Shown one piece after another: positions 1 to 9,043 of a stretch of 30,917 nucleotides of DNA; position 1 is the first letter of the stretch, and each line of letters starts with the position of its first letter. The stretch lies in the sequence record SRR31156797_4649. One strand, given 5' to 3'. The position numbers and the translations under genes are program-made. The notes below the pieces were generated by a model. The model was not told where the DNA came from. It worked only from the letters and a program-made list of their open reading frames with translations, and searched no databases.

Positions 1-192
1 CCATCGAATAGCAAAAAGAAAATACTTTACAGGGTTATTCAATAAAAAGATAAGCACCAAAAACAGGGAAGCCTCCTTCAATATTCCAGGTAATGTTGAA
101 TAGTCAATCCTCGAAAAAATATAACCGAGAAGTGCTATGGGCAGCAAATACCGTAAACTAAACCTCAATATTTTACGTATTAATTTGGTCAT
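1..192 (-). CDS. Partial (5' end only) membrane protein, probably UPF0104 / lysylphosphatidylglycerol-synthase-TM (flippase-like) family
   Basis: Manual translation from ATG at 192 gives MTKLIRKILRFSLRYLLPIALLGYIFSRIDYSTLPGILKEASLFLVLIFLLNNPVKYFLFAIRW, open to the window edge. Basic N-terminus, TM helix, 'ID', second TM and 'RW' match the family pattern. The start overlaps the upstream stop (TAATG). Confidence 0.7.
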   Translation of the reverse strand, partial: MTKLIRKILRFSLRYLLPIALLGYIFSRIDYSTLPGILKEASLFLVLIFLLNNPVKYFLFAIRW

Positions 193-1451
193 TACTTTTC
201 AACTTCAATGTTTTTAAATTTACCTGATTTATTATTGATGGGCAACTCATCCAGAAATTCAACCAGTGGAGGTTCAGCATTAAAATGACTTTTCCAAATT
301 CCAATTATTTTTGATTTAACCTGCTCCTCAACAAAACCTTCTTTGAGTATTGCCTGAAAAAATATTTGCCCGGTTTTCTTTTGCAAAAGTCGGAATTGCC
401 TACATTCGGTAAAATCTCTATACACACTCCAAACTTGTTGGCGATATAGTTTCTCACCAGATTTTAACTGTATTACATCTTCTACACGCCCAATAATACG
501 GCCCATTTTATTGTAGTTTTTGTCAAGGATTTTCACATGGTCACCGATCTTGTATCGTATAAAAGGCATGGTTTTGTTTACCAGATTAGTAATAACAAGC
601 TCGCCAAACAATTCACCATCTATTTCTATTGGGTTTACATATTCCAAAATGATTGAATTCAAAGGATAGTTATATTTTTGCGCTCCGGGATTTGTCCAGG
701 CCAGAGTTGGATGTTCCATACATCCATAAACATCAATTATTTGAGCTTGCAACCTTGATTCAATGCCATTACGTACGTCCTGAAAAAGTGTTTCCCCAAA
801 AAGTACTACGTATTTCACATTCAGCTTCATGTTTCGCCTATACAATTCATCTGTCAAAATTTTCAGATAACTTGGAGTAGACGAAAGGATGTAAATTTTA
901 CGGCCTTGAAGCTTTTCAATTATTTCATCAGTTTGTGTAAATACAGTATAAGCCTCACGGCGGAACAAACCAAGGTATTTTTGCGCATAGTGCATAAATG
1001 ATTTTCTTTCAATTTGTTCTTTTTGATGAAAAACACCTATAAGTAGGAATCTCTTAAACGGGTTGTATTTTTTTAAAGAAAAAAAAGTACGAAAATAACT
1101 TGTAAAATACTCCTTCTTATTCAAATAGGTATCAAACGGCTTTCCTGTGGAACCACTCGTTGATCGCTTAATTAACTTTGTAAAATCCGGGCGTGTAATA
1201 ATTTGCTCAGGTGTATAATTCCGCATATCATCTTTTGAGATAACAGGCAGTTTTTTCAAATCATCAATGGAATGAATATGCAAATCATCTGCCGGGACAT
1301 TTTTGTATATTTCCCTGTAAAAATGGGATTTGGTTAACGCCCTGTTCAATAGCTTATTAAATTTCTTAACCTGAATTTTCTGAACCCGTTTTACAGGCAA
1401 AACCTTTGTAAAATAGTATTCAAGTGTATATCGAAGTAAATAAAATATCAT
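192..1451 (-). CDS. Phenylacetate-CoA ligase-like / CapK-like adenylate-forming enzyme
   Basis: 419 aa. AMP-binding motifs STSGSTG, YGCME, RYKIGD, GRVED and C-terminal SGKFK. Lies in a polysaccharide operon, as CapK-like proteins do. Confidence 0.85.
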   Translation of the reverse strand: MIFYLLRYTLEYYFTKVLPVKRVQKIQVKKFNKLLNRALTKSHFYREIYKNVPADDLHIHSIDDLKKLPVISKDDMRNYTPEQIITRPDFTKLIKRSTSGSTGKPFDTYLNKKEYFTSYFRTFFSLKKYNPFKRFLLIGVFHQKEQIERKSFMHYAQKYLGLFRREAYTVFTQTDEIIEKLQGRKIYILSSTPSYLKILTDELYRRNMKLNVKYVVLFGETLFQDVRNGIESRLQAQIIDVYGCMEHPTLAWTNPGAQKYNYPLNSIILEYVNPIEIDGELFGELVITNLVNKTMPFIRYKIGDHVKILDKNYNKMGRIIGRVEDVIQLKSGEKLYRQQVWSVYRDFTECRQFRLLQKKTGQIFFQAILKEGFVEEQVKSKIIGIWKSHFNAEPPLVEFLDELPINNKSGKFKNIEVEK

Positions 1452-1468
1452 TTCTTTTCAAGGGTATA

Positions 1469-2581
1469 TTAAATTTCAGCGCTATTTACAATTTTGATAA
1501 TCTTTGAGGTCTCCTCATTGCTTTGGACCGGGCTCATTGGCAAACTTAGAACCTCATTGTGAATTTTTTCTGTAATTGGAAATTCCATATTACTCCATTC
1601 CTTATAAGCCTCTTGCTTATGAGGTGGAATTGGATAATGGATAAGTGTTTGTACGCCTTTTTGTTTGAGAGACTCAATCAACTTTTCCCTTTTCGCATGG
1701 CGAATAGCAAAAATATGCCATACATGTTCTTTATAATCATAAGTCTCATTCATTTCGGGCAAAAAAATCTCTGGATGATTAATTTCTTGTATATATCTCT
1801 TAGCAATTTCTCTTCTAATGGCATTTTCACGGTCTATATACTTGATTTTCACAGATAAAAAAGCTGCTTGTATCTCATCCATTCGGCTGTTCAATCCTTT
1901 GTACTTGTTCACGTATTTTTTATGTGATCCGTAATTGGAAATAGCCCTAATCGCTTTTTCGTGATCTTTGGATTTGGTTGTTACTGCACCGGCATCTCCT
2001 AAAGCACCCATATTTTTCCCTGGATAAAAACTGAATCCGGCAGCATCGCCCAAAGCACCGGATTTTACACCCTTCCATTGGGCGCCAAATGCCTGGGCAT
2101 TATCTTCCACAATTTTTAGATTGTAGTTTGTAGCTATCTTTTCCAGTTCTTCACTCCAACAAATTCTCCCATACAAATGGACAACCATAATTGCTTTAGT
2201 TTGCTCTGTTATAGCTGCTTCAATTTTATCAATATCAATGTTATATGTACCTATATCTGGTTCGATTAAAATCGGTTTTAAACCATTATCGCTTATGGCT
2301 AAAATACTGGCAATGTAAGTATTGGCCGGAACAATAACCTCATCGCCAGGTCTCATATCACCTATTTCAATATATGCACGAAAAATCAACCGCAGCGCAT
2401 CTAAACCATTGGCTACAGCAATAGCATTTGATGCCCTTGTATATGTTTTTAATTCTTCCTCAAACAATTTTACATACTCTCCAAGCAAATACCAACCGGA
2501 ATCGATTACTTCTGCAGCAACTTGCTTTAGTTCATCAGCATATTGCTGATTAATTTTCTGTAGATCAAGAAACTTTATCAT
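1469..2581 (-). CDS. fdtB: DegT/DnrJ/EryC1/StrS PLP aminotransferase, FdtB/QdtB-like (dTDP-3-amino-3,6-dideoxyhexose transaminase)
   Basis: MIKFLDL start, [27 protein letters not shown] (PLP lysine), [18 protein letters not shown]. Two FdtA-like isomerases are in the same operon. Confidence 0.88.
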   Translation of the reverse strand: MIKFLDLQKINQQYADELKQVAAEVIDSGWYLLGEYVKLFEEELKTYTRASNAIAVANGLDALRLIFRAYIEIGDMRPGDEVIVPANTYIASILAISDNGLKPILIEPDIGTYNIDIDKIEAAITEQTKAIMVVHLYGRICWSEELEKIATNYNLKIVEDNAQAFGAQWKGVKSGALGDAAGFSFYPGKNMGALGDAGAVTTKSKDHEKAIRAISNYGSHKKYVNKYKGLNSRMDEIQAAFLSVKIKYIDRENAIRREIAKRYIQEINHPEIFLPEMNETYDYKEHVWHIFAIRHAKREKLIESLKQKGVQTLIHYPIPPHKQEAYKEWSNMEFPITEKIHNEVLSLPMSPVQSNEETSKIIKIVNSAEI

Positions 2582-2584
2582 GTA

Positions 2585-3253
2585 TCAATCCATTTTTACT
2601 TTTTTCATAAACTTAGCTGGAGTTCCCACATGAATTTCATAGTCGGGTATATCTTTAGTAACCAACGCACTTGCCCCTGCCACAGCATAATTTCCTAATG
2701 TGACTTTTTCAATAACTCTGGCTCCAAGGGTTACATCAGAAAACTTACCTATTTTCACATATGAGCTGGTTATAGATCCCACAGAAAAATGACAACAATG
2801 ACCTACCGTAGTATTATGACCAATTAATGCGTTAGCCATAACCAAAGAACATTTTCCAATATGAGCTGCAGGACCAATATAACTATTTGACATAATAAAA
2901 ACGCCGGGTTCCAGCACAGCATTGTCGGCAATAAAAGCCGTTTTATGAACTATGGTTGCATACCTATCATCTGGTATATTCAAAGATAAATAAACCTCTT
3001 CACTTTTCACATTCCTTCCGATCATATGAATAGCAAACATAAAGTAGTAATCTTCTTTAAGGAACTTTTCTATTTCACCTGTCCCGCCTAAAACAGGATA
3101 TCCATTAATAGATTTTCCTTTTTCAAAATCATTTAAGAAACCTGCAACCTCCCATTCAAGATCGTTAAATCTATTTCGATTATCTTCAATGCATGAGGCT
3201 ACCACTCCGCCATTTCCTTCTCCACCTATAATAATTACTTTCTTACTTGCCAT
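2585..3253 (-). CDS. NeuD/PglD-family hexapeptide-repeat sugar N/O-acyltransferase
   Basis: N-terminal IIGGEGNG Rossmann-like segment, left-handed beta-helix repeats, IGHN histidine, C-terminal VGTPAK. Confidence 0.85.
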   Translation of the reverse strand: MASKKVIIIGGEGNGGVVASCIEDNRNRFNDLEWEVAGFLNDFEKGKSINGYPVLGGTGEIEKFLKEDYYFMFAIHMIGRNVKSEEVYLSLNIPDDRYATIVHKTAFIADNAVLEPGVFIMSNSYIGPAAHIGKCSLVMANALIGHNTTVGHCCHFSVGSITSSYVKIGKFSDVTLGARVIEKVTLGNYAVAGASALVTKDIPDYEIHVGTPAKFMKKVKMD

Positions 3254-4139
3254 TATTCTTCTTATTTGAAATTAAATTTGCTTTGTTTAATACGTTTTTA
3301 GCTGTTGCTACCATTGGTGGTCCAATAAATTTACCATTCATAATGGCCACTCCTTTCCCATCTTTTTCTGCTTGTTCGGATAACTTAAGCATTTCTGAAG
3401 CAGAATCTATTTCTTTTTGTGTTGGACTAAAATACTGATGTGCTAATGTTATTTCTTTTGGGTGAAGTACCAGCATTCCTTCAAAACCTAATTTTTTAGC
3501 TGTTTGTAAGTTGTTCTCAAGATCTTCAAGGTCATGAACATTAATATGAACAGTATCAATAGGTATTACTTTATTGGCACGAGCTGCCATAGCAATCATT
3601 GCACGTGGAGTAAACAAACTTTCATGTTCCGCATCATGGATTCCCTGTAAATCAGTGATAAAATCCTCTGAACCATAAGCTATTCCAACTACCCTATCTG
3701 AAGCCTGAATAATCTCCTGGGCATTAAGCACAGCTGCTGCCGTTTCAATCAATGGAATAATTTTGAACGTATTCTTAGCTATACCTTTCTCATATTCAAT
3801 TGTTTCCAACAACTTATCAAAGAAATAAACATCCTGACCTGTTGTGCTCTTTGGATACATAAATCCATCAACACCCTCAACAGTTAACTGATGTACATCT
3901 TTTAACAAATGTCCACTTTCACGGTCATTTACACGAGGAAACACAAGATGATTTTTAAATGCTCCGGAACCTACAAATTTCAATATTTGATCTCTCGCAA
4001 TTTGCTTATTTGTATTCGGTTGGACTGAGTCCTCAATATCAAGAAGCAACACATCAGCTTGTGATTTAGCGGCACTTATCATGAGTTTCTCATTATGTGC
4101 CGGCACAAACATCAAACTCCGCATTAAGTATTTATTCAT
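3243..4139 (-). CDS. CitE / HpcH-HpaI family acyl-CoA lyase (citryl-/malyl-/citramalyl-CoA lyase-like)
   Basis: RSLMFVP, LDIEDSV, PRVN, PLIET, YGSED, GFEG..VLHP motifs. No citD or citF in the window. Confidence 0.88.
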   Translation of the reverse strand: MNKYLMRSLMFVPAHNEKLMISAAKSQADVLLLDIEDSVQPNTNKQIARDQILKFVGSGAFKNHLVFPRVNDRESGHLLKDVHQLTVEGVDGFMYPKSTTGQDVYFFDKLLETIEYEKGIAKNTFKIIPLIETAAAVLNAQEIIQASDRVVGIAYGSEDFITDLQGIHDAEHESLFTPRAMIAMAARANKVIPIDTVHINVHDLEDLENNLQTAKKLGFEGMLVLHPKEITLAHQYFSPTQKEIDSASEMLKLSEQAEKDGKGVAIMNGKFIGPPMVATAKNVLNKANLISNKKNNGK

Positions 4140-4596
4140 TGACTTTCCTTTTTATTAATACCTTCCTTCTAAAGCTTAGGACATCTTCATTGTTTTGATT
4201 ATACGCAATTGTTTCTACATACACAATTCCTCTGTCTTTTTTGGATTTTGAAGGTATTACGTCTAATACCTTTGTTCGTGCATATAATGTATCATTGATA
4301 AAAACAGGTCCTAAGTGTTTCACTTCCTCATATCCTAAATTTGCAATTGCCTTTCCACTAATGTCCGGAACAGTTATTCCAACAACAATACTAAAAACCA
4401 GGGTCCCAACCACAAGCACCTTTCCATGCTGATTTTTAGCAGCATAGTCTATATTAGTATGCACAGGATGATGATTCATTGTCAAAAGAGAAAAGAAATT
4501 ATTATCGCTTTCAAAAATGGTTTTTGACAATTGGTGTTCTATAATCTGACCTTTTTTAAAATATTCGAAGAAGTTTCCAAGATTTGATCCTTTCAT
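4132..4596 (-). CDS. MaoC-family (hot-dog fold) acyl-CoA hydratase/dehydratase
   Basis: 154 aa. FFEYFKKGQ, TMNHHPVH, ANLGYEEV..PVFINDTL, RGIV. Overlaps the CitE-like gene by 8 nt. Confidence 0.88.
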   Translation of the reverse strand: MKGSNLGNFFEYFKKGQIIEHQLSKTIFESDNNFFSLLTMNHHPVHTNIDYAAKNQHGKVLVVGTLVFSIVVGITVPDISGKAIANLGYEEVKHLGPVFINDTLYARTKVLDVIPSKSKKDRGIVYVETIAYNQNNEDVLSFRRKVLIKRKVNE

Positions 4597-4605
4597 AGAC
4601 TATAA

Positions 4606-5016
4606 TTATTTATATTCAATATAATCTTTATATTCTCTTATATAATCTGCCTCATCATATTTGTGGGAAGCTAAAACCAGGCATATTGCTCCAGATGAAA
4701 AGCTTTTCTCAGCTGCCCATATTCCGGGTGGAATATGCAAACCAAAATATGGCCGATTTAACATTACAGTTCGTTTTGTAATGCCATCATCTAACTCTAC
4801 TTCGAAGCTACCACTTGCAGCAACCAAAAATTGATGACACTCCTTATGGGCGTGGGCTCCCCTGTCCTTTCCGCCTGGTATATCATAAATATAAAATATC
4901 CGATTTATATCGAATGGAATTTCCTTTGAATTACTAACTGGGGTAATATTTCCTGCTCTATTCTCTATTTTAGGTAGTTCGATTATACTGCAATCATATA
5001 CTGACATCTTATTCAT
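4606..5016 (-). CDS. fdtA: FdtA/QdtA-family cupin, dTDP-4-keto-6-deoxyglucose 3,4-ketoisomerase
   Basis: RAGNI, RIFYIYD, RGAHAHK (both catalytic His), GLHIPPGIW, LVLAS..YDEADYIR. The real start may be the ATG at 5007. Confidence 0.87.
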   Translation of the reverse strand: MNKMSVYDCSIIELPKIENRAGNITPVSNSKEIPFDINRIFYIYDIPGGKDRGAHAHKECHQFLVAASGSFEVELDDGITKRTVMLNRPYFGLHIPPGIWAAEKSFSSGAICLVLASHKYDEADYIREYKDYIEYK

Positions 5017-5407
5017 TTACTTTATATTTTAAAAAATCATCATAGCTTCTAATATAGTCCAGTTCATTATAATCGGTAGAGCTTAATATAAGCGCTAAAG
5101 AATTTGTTGAAAAGCTCTCAATTTGACGCCAATATCCTTCTGGAATATATAACCCATAATAACTGCGATTCAGAGCAAATTTTCTTTTTTCTTTTCCATC
5201 ATCAACCACCACATCGAAGCTCCCTGATAGTGCAATAATCAATTCTTTTTGTTCTTTAAATGCATGTCCTCCTCTTTTTTCACCACCGGGAACATCATAT
5301 ATCCAATAGCACCTTTTAATTTTGAAAGGTATGTGATTATTTCCTTCAAGAAACGACAAATTACCTCTTATGTCTTCAATCTTAGGAAGTTCAATTAGCT
5401 TTATCAT
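5009..5407 (-). CDS. Second FdtA/QdtA (WxcM-like) cupin with HAF in place of HAH
   Basis: DIRGNL, RCYWIYDVPGG, RGGHAFK, GLYIPEGYWR, DYIR. The ORF-track start at 5416 is TTG; I prefer the ATG at 5407. Confidence 0.85.
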   Translation of the reverse strand: MIKLIELPKIEDIRGNLSFLEGNNHIPFKIKRCYWIYDVPGGEKRGGHAFKEQKELIIALSGSFDVVVDDGKEKRKFALNRSYYGLYIPEGYWRQIESFSTNSLALILSSTDYNELDYIRSYDDFLKYKVNE

Positions 5408-5428
5408 GTAATTCAATCAATTTTATTG

Positions 5429-5436
5429 CAAATCTA
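5429..5436 (-). promoter_or_regulatory. Bacteroidota sigma70 -7 element (TAGATTTG) for the glycan operon
   Basis: Exact TAnnTTTG match about 21 nt upstream of the 5407 ATG. No well-spaced -33 TTTG. Confidence 0.6.
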
Positions 5437-5541
5437 TAATTAATAATTAGTTTTTTCAGTCACAAATGTATACCGAATTCAATTTGCCATTTTTTAAACC
5501 AAACTTTTGGATGATAATAAGGTCGAATTATTAAATATTTA

Positions 5542-5549
5542 TATTTTTG
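5542..5549 (+). promoter_or_regulatory. Bacteroidota -7 element (TATTTTTG) for the GH lipoprotein
   Basis: TAnnTTTG followed by C, 35 nt upstream of ATG 5585. Confidence 0.6.
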
Positions 5550-5584
5550 CGTTAATTTAAAAAATATTAACAAATCTCCCATTC

Positions 5585-7198
5585 ATGAAATATTTAATTA
5601 TTTCTTTATTAACCTTTGTCTTTCTGGGTTCATGTAAAACTGAAAAGGTAAAAAAAGATTTATCTAAAACAGATTTCATCTACTTAAGTAATCAAAAATT
5701 TAAGCATAAAGATTCAACGTTTTTCCCATTAATGCTTAATTATCCTATATGTTTTAGAAAAATTGGTAACGAATATGTTGTTTCACCTTTCCATGATTAT
5801 GAAATAGAAGGACATTTTGAGGGGAGCACAAAAGACAGCGCACTTCATCAAATTAAAGGTCACATGAAGTTAATCAAAGAGATGGGATTCAATACCATAC
5901 GCTTAGTTGCAGATCAAAATCTTTGGAGTATTGGGGATACAGAAACTTATGATATCGTAGTTTATAAAAAACACGATGAGTTTGAAAGATTGAGATTAAT
6001 AGATAATTACCAAATGTATTTTGACGGGATACATGAATTTATTGATATTGCCCAAGAGTTGGATCTTAGAATTATGCTTCTAATAAATAAACCATTTGAT
6101 GACGAAATAAAAGACTTTACAGAAGCCTTATTAAAAGAATTCAGTGATGAACCTACGATATTTGCATACGACTTTTTTAATGAACCATTATATTTTGACA
6201 ACAATAAAAAGGATAAAAACAGATCCAAAGAAGATGCATACAATATAGTTTCAGAATGGAAAACAATGATGGATGAAAATGCTCCAAATCAGCTACTTAC
6301 CATCGGATACTCTGAACCTATTGAGGTGCTTGAATGGGACCCATCAATTTTACCGGTCGATTTTGTAGCATTTCACACCTATCACCCTCTGAGAGTACCT
6401 AATGAAATTTACTGGTACAGCAAATACATAGGCAAGCCCTGGATGTTAGGAGAAACCGCCCTCCCTTCAGACGATGATTCAATTAAATATTCTGATCAGG
6501 TAATGTTTATGAAAGAAGCTTATCAAAGAACAATTGATTGTGGCGGAGCAGGTTTTGGTTGGTGGGCCTTTCAGGATGTAAACTGGGGAGGCGCGGGACA
6601 TGACATAACAAGCTTACTCAATAGAAAAGGTATTACCTGGACTAAGGATAAACAGCACAAAATAGTTGGAACTATGAAGCCTGCGGCAAAAGTAGTTAAA
6701 GAGCTAAAACATATGAAATCTACCCATGAATGCCCGTGTTGGGAAAACTATCAGAATATGTTAGGATATAACAACATGGTAATTAAAGGTAAAATCATCA
6801 ATGGAAACACACAAAAACCGATTGAAGGTGCTGTTGTAAGAGGATGGACAAAAAATTGGGCGGTTGGTTCACATACATTCACTGATAAAGAAGGAAACTT
6901 CATGTTATTTACTAACGCTCCATATTTTAACTTTGAAATTTCGGCCCCCGGAATGACTAAAATAAAATTCAATCAAGAAATCGAATACAAATCAAGGGAT
7001 GAAAACTCCCCACCGTTCGAATCATTGAAAAATGCAGACCTTGAATACCAAAGTATTTCTTACAAACCATTCTTGCAAAGAGATACAACAGGCAATTATG
7101 AAAAGATTTTTGATTTCAAAAACGATGCGTTTAAAAAATACCACTATATTGGTCATATGGAAGATAAAATCCTTTATCGTTTAGATTTTTTAGATTAA
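5585..7198 (+). CDS. Lipoprotein with a clan GH-A (GH5/GH2-like) TIM barrel and a C-terminal carboxypeptidase-regulatory-like beta-sandwich
   Basis: Signal peptide II (..FVFLGS-C17). MGFNTIRL, YDFFNEP (acid/base Glu), FHTY, WMLGET (nucleophile Glu), GFGWW. C-terminal IKGKIING.TQKPIEGAVV...TDKEGNF...ISAPG. Confidence 0.75.
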   Translation: MKYLIISLLTFVFLGSCKTEKVKKDLSKTDFIYLSNQKFKHKDSTFFPLMLNYPICFRKIGNEYVVSPFHDYEIEGHFEGSTKDSALHQIKGHMKLIKEMGFNTIRLVADQNLWSIGDTETYDIVVYKKHDEFERLRLIDNYQMYFDGIHEFIDIAQELDLRIMLLINKPFDDEIKDFTEALLKEFSDEPTIFAYDFFNEPLYFDNNKKDKNRSKEDAYNIVSEWKTMMDENAPNQLLTIGYSEPIEVLEWDPSILPVDFVAFHTYHPLRVPNEIYWYSKYIGKPWMLGETALPSDDDSIKYSDQVMFMKEAYQRTIDCGGAGFGWWAFQDVNWGGAGHDITSLLNRKGITWTKDKQHKIVGTMKPAAKVVKELKHMKSTHECPCWENYQNMLGYNNMVIKGKIINGNTQKPIEGAVVRGWTKNWAVGSHTFTDKEGNFMLFTNAPYFNFEISAPGMTKIKFNQEIEYKSRDENSPPFESLKNADLEYQSISYKPFLQRDTTGNYEKIFDFKNDAFKKYHYIGHMEDKILYRLDFLD

Positions 7199-7299
7199 TC
7201 ATTTTAAAAAAATCAAAGGAGGATAGAAACAAACAAAAAGGCTTTTATTCCAACAATATAAATAAAATGAATATTTATCTAAATGAATAATAAATAACT

Positions 7300-7452
7300 A
7301 TGATTAACTTATACATCGGACCCGGACTGGGCATTGGAACCATTGTATTGATTTTTATTATTGGAGGTATTGTGCTTTTTGCTTTTGGCTATATTTTTTG
7401 GCTGAAATTCAAAAAATTCTTCCGTAAAAAAGACAATAAAAAAAACGATTAA
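7300..7452 (+). CDS. 50-aa single-pass membrane protein with an N-terminal YIGPG motif (below the ORF-track length cutoff)
   Basis: Manual translation: MINLYIGPGLGIGTIVLIFIIGGIVLFAFGYIFWLKFKKFFRKKDNKKND*. A-rich leader, long hydrophobic stretch and strongly basic tail, in an otherwise empty intergenic gap. Confidence 0.75.
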   Translation: MINLYIGPGLGIGTIVLIFIIGGIVLFAFGYIFWLKFKKFFRKKDNKKND

Positions 7453-7573
7453 CAGCAAATTAATTAACTTACATGATTAGCATGCCTAGCTATGCATGTC
7501 ATTTCATCTGTTCAATCCATTTGAACTAATCAAATTTTTAGTTTGTTTCTAAAACTTCAAAAAACAAATTTAA

Positions 7574-8865
7574 ATGAAAAAGATACTGACAGTTTTTTCA
7601 ATAATTGTTATTTCATTGTTTATACTATCGCTTTTTGGCTGGATGGTTTATCAGATATCAAATAAAGATAAAAAATTTGGAGTTTTCACGGAACCGATCA
7701 AGTTTATGTACACTTTTCCAGACCTTTTTAAAAAGTCAGTTAAGGACGTAAAGACCCTACCCAAAACTTTTATAAAAACACCTAAAGACTTCAAACCAAT
7801 AAATAAACTTGAAAAAGATGTATTTGTGTTATCCACATATACTGACAAAAAAAATCCAGAGCTATTGTCCTAAGGAATCTTAAAAATGACTCAATTATTA
7901 AAAAATGGACTTTTGAAAATCCCTTCAATGAGGTTGCAAGAATTGTAAACCCTATTCTTCATCCAGATGGTTCATTAATTTATAACTTTTGGTATAAACC
8001 CTTTTATGGATTAAGAAAAATTGATACAGCAGGAAACTTAGTATGGAAACAGAATAAAGTAACATTTCATCATGGAATGAATTTAAATAAGGATGGAGAT
8101 ATTTGGGCATGTTCAAAAACTATCGGATGGGATGCAACAGGTAAATATAATACGGGTTATAGAACAGTATTTTATGATGATTATTCTATTACCAAAATTG
8201 ATAACAAAACTGGAAAAATACTTTTTCATAAATCCGTATCCCAGATTTTACATGAAAACAACCTTTCTAATTATTTATTAAAATCACCATACCCTAAAGA
8301 TCCAATTCACTTAAATGACGTTCAACCTGCACTAAAGACTACACCTTATTATATGGAAGATGATGTTTTCTTAAGTATGAAAAATATATCATTAATCATG
8401 CACTATAGACCTTCTACAAATGAACTAATTGAGTTAATCGAAGGGCCTTTTATAAGCCAGCATGATGTTGATATTATTAACGACAGCAGTATAGTGCTCT
8501 TTAATAATAATGTTTATGTCAAATGGACAGATGAAACAAAAAAACCACCAACGGATAATAGTCAACTATTAAATGTTGGGAGTTTCTATTCTAATATAGT
8601 AAGTTATGATTTAAAGAATAAAAAATACACTTTTATTGGAAAAGAAGCTTTTATAAAAAACAAAATCCGCACCTTCACAGAAGGTCTACAAGAATTTATT
8701 GACCCAACAACTTATTTCGTTGAAGAGCAAAACGCCGGAGAGAAAAACCCGGGCGTATTATGGGTATTTAAAGATGATAAAGTCATTTACAAAGATGTGT
8801 TTAAATCACAACACGAAGGATACCATCATTTACCAAACTGGACAAGAGTAATTAAAGAACATTGA
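7574..8865 (+). pseudogene. Frameshifted arylsulfotransferase (ASST-like) paralogue; the 7574-7873 and 8077-8865 ORFs are one gene
   Basis: Adding one A to the A8 run at 7847-7854 gives TDKKKSRAIVLRNLKNDSIIKKW, colinear with TNKSKTRDIVLMNLKNDSILKKW in the 9133 paralogue. The frame from 7855 has no stop until 8865. Restored length is 430 aa. Confidence 0.88.
8800..8849 (+). repeat. 50-nt direct repeat (49/50 identical) shared with 10342-10391 at the 3' ends of the ASST paralogues
   Basis: tttaaatcacaacacgaagga[t/c]accatcatttaccaaactggacaagagt in both copies. Confidence 0.9.
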
Positions 8866-9035
8866 TTATTCCTAACCTAAACACTAATTATAACTGATGA
8901 AACCATACTTTATATAACTTAGATTTTTTTTGAATTCAATTTATTAGAAAATATTACAAACAAATGACTACCAATATTTTGGTGTAGTAATATTCGTTTT
9001 ACAATGAATTTCTTTAAGATTCTACATTTTTAAAT

Positions 9036-9043
9036 TATTTTTG
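9036..9043 (+). promoter_or_regulatory. Bacteroidota -7 element (TATTTTTG) upstream of the second ASST
   Basis: TAnnTTTG followed by C, with TTTA 19 nt upstream. Shares the 12-mer TATTTTTGCGTT with the 5542 site. Confidence 0.55.

Noticed and set aside
3243-4596. Citrate fermentation or itaconate-degradation locus
   Set aside because: No citD/citF/citC and no CoA-transferase. The genes are embedded in a nucleotide-sugar operon.
7215-7222. SD-like AAGGAGG after the GH gene
   Set aside because: No start codon at a suitable spacing and no ORF follows.
7574-8865. Two separate genes of 99 aa and 262 aa, as in the ORF track
   Set aside because: Both are colinear with the single 425-aa paralogue, and the sequence between them is coding in the second frame.
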